From Bacteroidota bacterium (lineage in GTDB: Bacteria; Bacteroidota; Bacteroidia; Chitinophagales; JADJOU01): DNA of 64,000 bases. The notes under the pieces are model-generated. The model was not told the origin of the DNA. It searched no databases and saw nothing but the letters and a program-made list of their open reading frames with translations. The translations under genes and the position numbers were made by a program. The stretch's first letter is position 1, and every line of letters starts with the position of its first letter. Shown here in pieces: positions 58,280-64,000 of this stretch. The DNA is taken from positions 85,000 through 148,999 of the forward strand of contig JADJOU010000005.1 of assembly GCA_016713645.1 (NCBI GenBank), read 5' to 3'.

Positions 58280-59431
58280 TTATTTAAACTCGTATTGAAT
58301 GAATAATTCTTCGAGATTTTGATAGATGAATGCGCGCTCAAGCCCGAATTGTTCTAGCGTATATTGATGGCGACTCTTGTATGACTTAGCGCGAGATACT
58401 GACTTTGCTAAGGATTCAGCATAAGCTGGAGTATATTCAATTTTAAATTGTGCATAGATTTTCATTACGGTCTCCACGGGATGATCAATGAGTGTCTCAT
58501 AATTAAATGAAATCAAACGCTTACTATCCATTTTCTTTTGCGCTTCAAAAAAATGCGCATAATTATACATGAGTAAATGACCGAATTGCTTTGCATATTC
58601 AGAATTCATAGGAATTTCTGGACTGTGCACTTTCCATGAAACAGTGAACATGCTCACTCCAGAGGGAATCGCCTCAAAGGGGTTTCTAACTGGATAGATA
58701 ATTTGCGCATCTGGAAAAATTTCAAGTAAAATCCCCAAACGACCACTTGAAAATACATTCTTGTTTAACAGCGTCTTATTCATTCCTTCTGCATAATAAA
58801 ACCGCTTAATTGTCGACAAGTAATATGCTTTCACCTTCTCTTTAACAGAACTGTCTGCATGATCTAAAATCTCCAAAATACGGTCTTTCGAAATGAATGG
58901 GGAAAGCAATACCAAAGCTGGAGTGAGCATCATAAACGTAAAATACCCCTCATCTTCCTCAGCCATATTCAAGCCCATGGGATGTATATCCTTCCATCCA
59001 CTGAATATAAATTCATCCAATTTCCCAACTAGTCGTTTAAACGGACTACCCATCTTTTGATCCACTCGCGAAAATACTTGCATCAATTTCAACAATACCA
59101 CTGATGGCAAAAGCGTATGATAAAGCAGAGGATAAGTATATCGATCCTCATCTAGTGTCAATAATCGATGAAGATATGTTGTGCCTGAGCGCGGATTTGA
59201 AATAATAAATAGGGGCTTAACAATTTTTACTTTTCGATAATTCCAAAATAAAACCTCATCCAATATTCTGAAAAACGTGAGAAAAATGACATATCCAATT
59301 AAGATAAAAAGCGAAGGAATTGTAAATAGTATCCTTCTCCAACTGGGGTGTTTAATGCAATTATAGTAAACCACTAAACCCAACAAATGAAAATTTACAT
59401 AAACAATCTCGTACATAATTGGCAATTGCAA
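58280..59431 (-). CDS. sulfotransferase family protein with N-terminal TM segments
   Basis: PLFIISNPRSGTTYLHRLL (5'-PSB loop). Two N-terminal hydrophobic helices. TTG at 59431; alternative ATG at 59416. Confidence 0.7.
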   Translation of the reverse strand: MQLPIMYEIVYVNFHLLGLVVYYNCIKHPSWRRILFTIPSLFILIGYVIFLTFFRILDEVLFWNYRKVKIVKPLFIISNPRSGTTYLHRLLTLDEDRYTYPLLYHTLLPSVVLLKLMQVFSRVDQKMGSPFKRLVGKLDEFIFSGWKDIHPMGLNMAEEDEGYFTFMMLTPALVLLSPFISKDRILEILDHADSSVKEKVKAYYLSTIKRFYYAEGMNKTLLNKNVFSSGRLGILLEIFPDAQIIYPVRNPFEAIPSGVSMFTVSWKVHSPEIPMNSEYAKQFGHLLMYNYAHFFEAQKKMDSKRLISFNYETLIDHPVETVMKIYAQFKIEYTPAYAESLAKSVSRAKSYKSRHQYTLEQFGLERAFIYQNLEELFIQYEFK

Positions 59432-59442
59432 AAGGCGAATAT

Positions 59443-59850
59443 CTATATTTTAGTGGACTGCCAAGCGACTAATTTCCATTGTTTTCGTTTGATATATACA
59501 TCCGTATAGCGCAATAAAACATCAAATTCCTTTCCTTTCAACTTCCCTTTAACTTTCACAATTCCCGTGATAATTGCTGTTTTCCCCTTCTGCACGATCT
59601 TCTGCTCTACTAATTCCATTGACTCATACCTAATTTTCTCTGTCCAAACTGCCAGAATAAAATCGCACTTATTCTCTACTAAGCCGTTTGAATGAGTATA
59701 GACTAAATCATCATCTAAAAGTACATTCAATGAAACCGTATCCATTTCCATCATTGCTTTAAAACGCCTTTTCTCGATAGCTGCTAAAGATTCTCTGGAG
59801 AAACCTTGACAAATAAATGCCATAAATAAAATTAGTACGCATGTCTTCAT
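59443..59850 (-). CDS. NTF2-like (DUF4440/SnoaL-like) secreted protein
   Basis: Signal peptide. The LDDDLVYTHSNGLVENKCDFI..RYTDVYIKRKQWKLVAWQST pattern is typical of DUF4440. Confidence 0.65.
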   Translation of the reverse strand: MKTCVLILFMAFICQGFSRESLAAIEKRRFKAMMEMDTVSLNVLLDDDLVYTHSNGLVENKCDFILAVWTEKIRYESMELVEQKIVQKGKTAIITGIVKVKGKLKGKEFDVLLRYTDVYIKRKQWKLVAWQSTKI

Positions 59851-59859
59851 TATCGAAAA

Positions 59860-60759
59860 TTATTTGTGATCATGACTTTGTGACGCTAAAAAATCGCGCT
59901 CTGTTTTCGTCAAACTCTCAAACCCAGAGCGATTGATTTTATCCAATATTCTATTCAATTCATCTTGTGCATCAAAAAAATATGAATCGCTTTCAGCCTC
60001 CGTATCCCCTGCTTGCCGCACGACCTTCAACTTTGATTTAGGCGCAGTCATTCGATCAAACCAAGCCACAGAGCGATCTATCACATTCACCATCCAACCC
60101 AACAAATCAAATCCTCCCTGGAAGAATTTGACATATAAAAATCCAAATAAAATTCCTGCAAGATGTGATATATGACCTCCATGATTTTCAAAGGGCAAAC
60201 TGCTCATAAAAATTAATACATAAAACAAGGTGACATACAAAATTTTAATAGTAAATACCCCAAAAATCGAGACCTGAAAATGTGGTGAAAAAGTCGTCGC
60301 TGCTACCAATATAGCAATTACACTTGCTGAAGCGCCCAACAAGTATTGAGTCTGGTTTTGTTCAGCTAAAATGGGTAAAAAGTGATAGGCTAAAATTGTC
60401 ACCAATCCAGCAAATATCCCACTCATCAAATACAAAGGCAATATGCGCTTCTCCGTTTGAAAAACCGTGAAGAGCGGAGCAAATACAAATAGCGAGAGCA
60501 TATTGAAAAAAATATGACTTATGCCATCTGTCGCATGCATGAATTGATAGGTCAGCAAAGTATATGGCTTCAAAACAAAGGCCTTCGCCAACAAGGGCAG
60601 ATATAAGTTTTGTATCCCCGCTTGAAATAACTCTCTTAAATGGACTGTCCAAAAAATCAATTGAAGAATTGATTGCAAAACAAAAATCAATAAATTAAAA
60701 AGAATGATTTTATGAACAATCGTACATTGACGATAAAAAATATAAAACTGCTTAAACAT
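59860..60759 (-). CDS. rhomboid family intramembrane serine protease
   Basis: HIFFNMLSLF, GASASVIAIL (GxSx) and HISHLAGILFG (catalytic His). Charged C-terminal tail. Confidence 0.8.
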   Translation of the reverse strand: MFKQFYIFYRQCTIVHKIILFNLLIFVLQSILQLIFWTVHLRELFQAGIQNLYLPLLAKAFVLKPYTLLTYQFMHATDGISHIFFNMLSLFVFAPLFTVFQTEKRILPLYLMSGIFAGLVTILAYHFLPILAEQNQTQYLLGASASVIAILVAATTFSPHFQVSIFGVFTIKILYVTLFYVLIFMSSLPFENHGGHISHLAGILFGFLYVKFFQGGFDLLGWMVNVIDRSVAWFDRMTAPKSKLKVVRQAGDTEAESDSYFFDAQDELNRILDKINRSGFESLTKTERDFLASQSHDHK

Positions 60760-60849
60760 GTATGAGAGACCAAATAATATGCAAATTTACAGAATTAAAA
60801 CTGCCCAAAAATTTCTTTATCGCAATTCAACTCTATATATTTAACCCCG

Positions 60850-61386
60850 ATGAATTCCTTCATATCAATCAGCAAATATAAATCTCCGCTTGGCTCTCTC
60901 TTAATAGGGTCATTCGAAGATAAAATATGTCTATGTGATTGGGAACATCGGAAGATGCGCGCAGCGATAGATGATCGAATTCAAAGAAAAATTGGATTCC
61001 CCTATCAATATCAAAATGAGGCAATCATAGAAAAGACAATCTCTCAATTAGAAGAATACTTTGCGCGAGAGAGAACAAATTTTTCCATTCCGATTTCGCT
61101 AATAGGAACTGAATTTCAGCAGCGCGTTTGGAATGAACTTTTAACGATTGAATACGGAAAAACAATTTCATATTTAGAACTTGCCAATCGCTTAAACCAA
61201 AAACTAGCTATTCGCGCAATAGCAGCTGCAAATGGTGCCAACGCGATTTCCATCCTCATTCCTTGCCACAGAATTATCGGCAGCGATGGCTCATTCGTTG
61301 GTTATGCGGGTGGAATTCCAGCAAAGAAAAAACTATTAGAAATAGAAGGTTCAAATGCACAAAGAGAATTATTTGATTACCAATGA
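60850..61386 (+). CDS. ogt: methylated-DNA-protein-cysteine methyltransferase
   Basis: TEFQQRVWNELLTIEYGKTISY..IPCHRIIGSDGSFVGYAGG. Confidence 0.85.
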   Translation: MNSFISISKYKSPLGSLLIGSFEDKICLCDWEHRKMRAAIDDRIQRKIGFPYQYQNEAIIEKTISQLEEYFARERTNFSIPISLIGTEFQQRVWNELLTIEYGKTISYLELANRLNQKLAIRAIAAANGANAISILIPCHRIIGSDGSFVGYAGGIPAKKKLLEIEGSNAQRELFDYQ

Positions 61387-62396
61387 ATCGCCAATTTGCC
61401 CATGGTACTTCTGTTTTCTAACATAGCATGTGCTTCCGCCAATTGATCTACCCCATATATACTTCCTGGGATGAGTTGAATTTTTTTATTGTTGTATAAA
61501 GACACAACTTCCGTCATGCAGCGCTGAATGATACTTGGCTTGTTGTCTGCAATCCTCAGCATATTCACGCCTAATATTGATTTAGAACTCATCATAAATT
61601 CCGCAGGATGATAAATTCCAAACTGCAATGCATTTTTAAGCACAATCAGTTTATTAGTGCTCTCGGATAATTTCGAAGCGCCATACATCACCAATCTACC
61701 GCCAGCATTCAGCATTTTATACCCTTTGCCTATATTATCCCCTGCAATGGAATCAAATACAACATCCACTTTCTTATGCAATCCCAATTCTTTGATTCGA
61801 TCGACATAGTTCTCCGTCCTATAATTAATGGGATAATCCACGCCCATCTTTTTGAGCATTTCAATTTTTTGATCTGATCCTGCGGTTGCAATTACTTTAC
61901 ATCCCTTTAATTTGCACAATTGAACAATGCCATTCCCCACGCCGCCTGCAGCTGCATGTACCAATACTAAATCTCCTTCAAACAAATTTACCGCTTCATA
62001 TGCCGCATAATAAGCAGTTGATAATTGCGTTGCCAACGCAGCGCCATCTGCAATATTTACATCATCACCTATGCTAGAAACAACGCGAGCATCTGCTACT
62101 GCATATTCGGCATATCCGCCAAAGCGCGTCAATCCGAGCACGCGATCCCCTTCTTTTAAATGGCCAACGTCCTTTCCCACTTTTTCAATACGGCCAACTA
62201 CATCATAACCCAATACGGTTGGCAATTTTGGACAATCGTCATACAAACCCAATCTCGCCATCACATCTGCGTAATTCAATCCAAATCCCTCTACTTTTAT
62301 GAGCACTTCGCCCCCACTTGGTTCTGGTTTTGGAACCTCGCGCATTTCAAATGCCTCAGTAGATTTTCCGAATTTCTTTAAAAAAATTGCTTTCAT
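61377..62396 (-). CDS. zinc-type alcohol dehydrogenase-like / NADPH:quinone oxidoreductase (MDR superfamily)
   Basis: GEVLIKVEGFGLNYADVMARLGLY; VLVHAAAGGVGNGIVQL. Confidence 0.8.
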   Translation of the reverse strand: MKAIFLKKFGKSTEAFEMREVPKPEPSGGEVLIKVEGFGLNYADVMARLGLYDDCPKLPTVLGYDVVGRIEKVGKDVGHLKEGDRVLGLTRFGGYAEYAVADARVVSSIGDDVNIADGAALATQLSTAYYAAYEAVNLFEGDLVLVHAAAGGVGNGIVQLCKLKGCKVIATAGSDQKIEMLKKMGVDYPINYRTENYVDRIKELGLHKKVDVVFDSIAGDNIGKGYKMLNAGGRLVMYGASKLSESTNKLIVLKNALQFGIYHPAEFMMSSKSILGVNMLRIADNKPSIIQRCMTEVVSLYNNKKIQLIPGSIYGVDQLAEAHAMLENRSTMGKLAIHW

Positions 62397-62432
62397 TATT
62401 TTGAATTAAACACTGCAAAATCCATTCTCCTC

Positions 62433-63215
62433 TTAACTAATTTGCTGAAGCAATAATTCTGCTAAATCAAACACTTTTACTTCTTTCTCCGCTGACTTCA
62501 CCCCATCTTGCATCATGGTCATGCAAAACGGACACGCCGCCGCAACTATTTCTGCTTTTGTTTCAAGCGCTTCATTGGCTCTTTTGGTATTAATCCTCAT
62601 AGTGCCAGGCTCATCTTCTTTAAACATCTGCGCACCTCCTGCACCGCAGCAGAGTCCATTCTTGCGACAACTTTTCATCTCCACCAATTCAGCATCCAAT
62701 GCTTCCAATACTTTTCTCGGTGCTTCGTAAATATCATTGGCCCTGCCGAGATAGCATGAATCGTGATAGGTGATTCTCCTACCCTTAAACTCAGAGGCGT
62801 CAGTCAATTTTATTTTATTGGATTCTATTAATTCTTGCAGATACTCCGCATGATGAACCACTTCGTAGTTGCCCCCCAATTCTGGATATTCATTTTTCAA
62901 AATATTGAAGCAATGCGGACATGTAGTCACAATTTTTTTCACGGCATACATATTCATCACCTCGATATTTTGCAATGCCATCATCTGAAATACAAATTCA
63001 TTCCCTGCGCGCTTCGCTGGGTCACCCGTGCAAGATTCCTCGCTGCCCAAAATGGCATATTGTATCCCGACTTTATTCAAAATACGCGCAAATGCTTTGG
63101 TCACTTTTTTTGCTCTTTCGTCAAAACTGCCAGCGCAACCCACCCAAAATAAAATTTCTGGTGTCTGACCTGCCGCCTGCATCTCTGCCATTGTCCTTAT
63201 TTTCAATTCCATCAA
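62433..63215 (-). CDS. (Fe-S)-binding protein with two cysteine-rich CCG domains (heterodisulfide-reductase/GlcF-like)
   Basis: VGCAGSF..CTGDPAKRAGN..TTCPHCF and YHDSCYLGR..GLCCGAGG. Confidence 0.75.
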   Translation of the reverse strand: MMELKIRTMAEMQAAGQTPEILFWVGCAGSFDERAKKVTKAFARILNKVGIQYAILGSEESCTGDPAKRAGNEFVFQMMALQNIEVMNMYAVKKIVTTCPHCFNILKNEYPELGGNYEVVHHAEYLQELIESNKIKLTDASEFKGRRITYHDSCYLGRANDIYEAPRKVLEALDAELVEMKSCRKNGLCCGAGGAQMFKEDEPGTMRINTKRANEALETKAEIVAAACPFCMTMMQDGVKSAEKEVKVFDLAELLLQQIS

Positions 63216-63281
63216 TCAAAGAAAATTTTTGTGAAATTAATAGATTAGATTATACTTACAAAATTAATTTCCCTTTCCTAT

Positions 63282-63704
63282 ATGATAAAAATCATGATTA
63301 TCAATGGCCCGAACCTCAATCTGCTTGGCACTAGAGAGACGAATATCTATGGAGACCAGACATTTGAAGATTTTCTAGAAGATTTAAAAGAAGGCTATTT
63401 TGATTTTTCCATTGCCTATTTTCAAAGCAATCACGAAGGAGAAATTATCGACAAATTACAAGAGGCAGAAAAGAAAAACTACAAGGGAATTATCCTGAAT
63501 GCAGGAGGATTTACGCATACTTCCGTCGCTATACGCGATTGTGTTGCAGCCATCAAAACCCCTGTAATTGAAGTTCATATTTCCAATATTTATGCTCGAG
63601 AAGAATTTAGGCATAAATCGCTCTTATCAGGCGTTTGTAAAGGAATCATTGCAGGCTTTGGATTGGAGAGTTATGCACTCGCCTTGGATAGTTTCGCAGA
63701 ATAA
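63282..63704 (+). CDS. aroQ: type II 3-dehydroquinate dehydratase
   Basis: IMIINGPNLNLLGTRETNIYG, QSNHEGEIID, NAGGFTHTSVA, EVHISNIYAREEFRHKS. Confidence 0.9.
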   Translation: MIKIMIINGPNLNLLGTRETNIYGDQTFEDFLEDLKEGYFDFSIAYFQSNHEGEIIDKLQEAEKKNYKGIILNAGGFTHTSVAIRDCVAAIKTPVIEVHISNIYAREEFRHKSLLSGVCKGIIAGFGLESYALALDSFAE

Positions 63705-63706
63705 AA

Positions 63707-64000
63707 CTACGCTGTAATGTAATATTTATAGGCGAGGTATTGCCCCAACATACCGCTGGCGAGTCCTGCGATGACTTCACGCGGTGTATGTGCTTCCAAA
63801 ATAATTCTGCTGGCACTGATGATCCCCATAATGATGATGCTTAAAGCGACAACCCAATACGACGATTGTGTTGCATAAAATGAGGCGATAATACAGAATG
63901 CAAAAAATCCGCCCACGCCATTTGAATGCAAACTCACTTTGAGAAAATTATTTGCAAAAAATGAGATACACAAACTGAGTGTCGCCCCTAAAAGCGATCC
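63707..64000 (-). CDS. PAP2-family phosphatase, C-terminal part (gene probably continues past the window end)
   Basis: SLHSNG (motif 2-like) and SRIILEAHTPREVIAG (SRxxxxxHxxxD-like). The frame is open to 64000. Confidence 0.55.
   Translation of the reverse strand, partial: GSLLGATLSLCISFFANNFLKVSLHSNGVGGFFAFCIIASFYATQSSYWVVALSIIIMGIISASRIILEAHTPREVIAGLASGMLGQYLAYKYYITA

Noticed and set aside
1-64000. Mobile elements, prophage, defence islands, toxin-antitoxin pairs, tRNA/rRNA genes
   Set aside because: No transposase, integrase, recombinase, phage structural, restriction-modification, Cas, nuclease-ATPase pair or small TA-like ORF pair was recognisable. No tRNA-like or rRNA-like GC-rich segments were seen in the intergenic regions.

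Overview
AT-rich chromosomal segment from a Bacteroidota bacterium. The taxon is inferred from T9SS type-A and type-B C-terminal sorting domains, a PorP/SprF gene, SprB-type repeats, an ECF sigma/anti-sigma pair and PASTA/LysM/MltG envelope genes. It holds about 50 genes, mostly core metabolism, envelope and chromosome maintenance: galE, rfbA, kdsB, pdxA, aroQ, pepA, pepP, kynA, smc, scpB, xth, ogt, radC, mltG and an rsmB-like gene. Three things stand out. (1) Two giant secreted adhesin-like loci. One is a >3470-codon modular beta-helix/CARDB-like protein (1-10422, minus strand, runs off the window). The other is a ~2240-codon SprB-repeat protein with a type-B T9SS sorting domain, followed by its PorP/SprF partner (50012-57861, minus strand). 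(2) A 0.9-kb nested tandem repeat array (10806-11696) of four ~170-bp units. Each unit is a GC-rich double-hairpin core embedded in AATTCAA heptamer microsatellite, and the array lies between a DUF4112/apaG gene pair and the giant beta-helix gene. This is the best candidate for something undescribed: a structured RNA array, a stacked terminator/insulator, or a satellite/MITE. (3) At least ~20 frame-disrupting lesions in about 10 genes, concentrated in the surface-protein genes. They include homopolymer indels, compensating frameshift sets and in-frame stop codons. Sequence alone cannot distinguish assembly error from real gene decay or phase variation. No rRNA, tRNA, CRISPR, transposase/integrase, prophage or recognisable defence system was seen.
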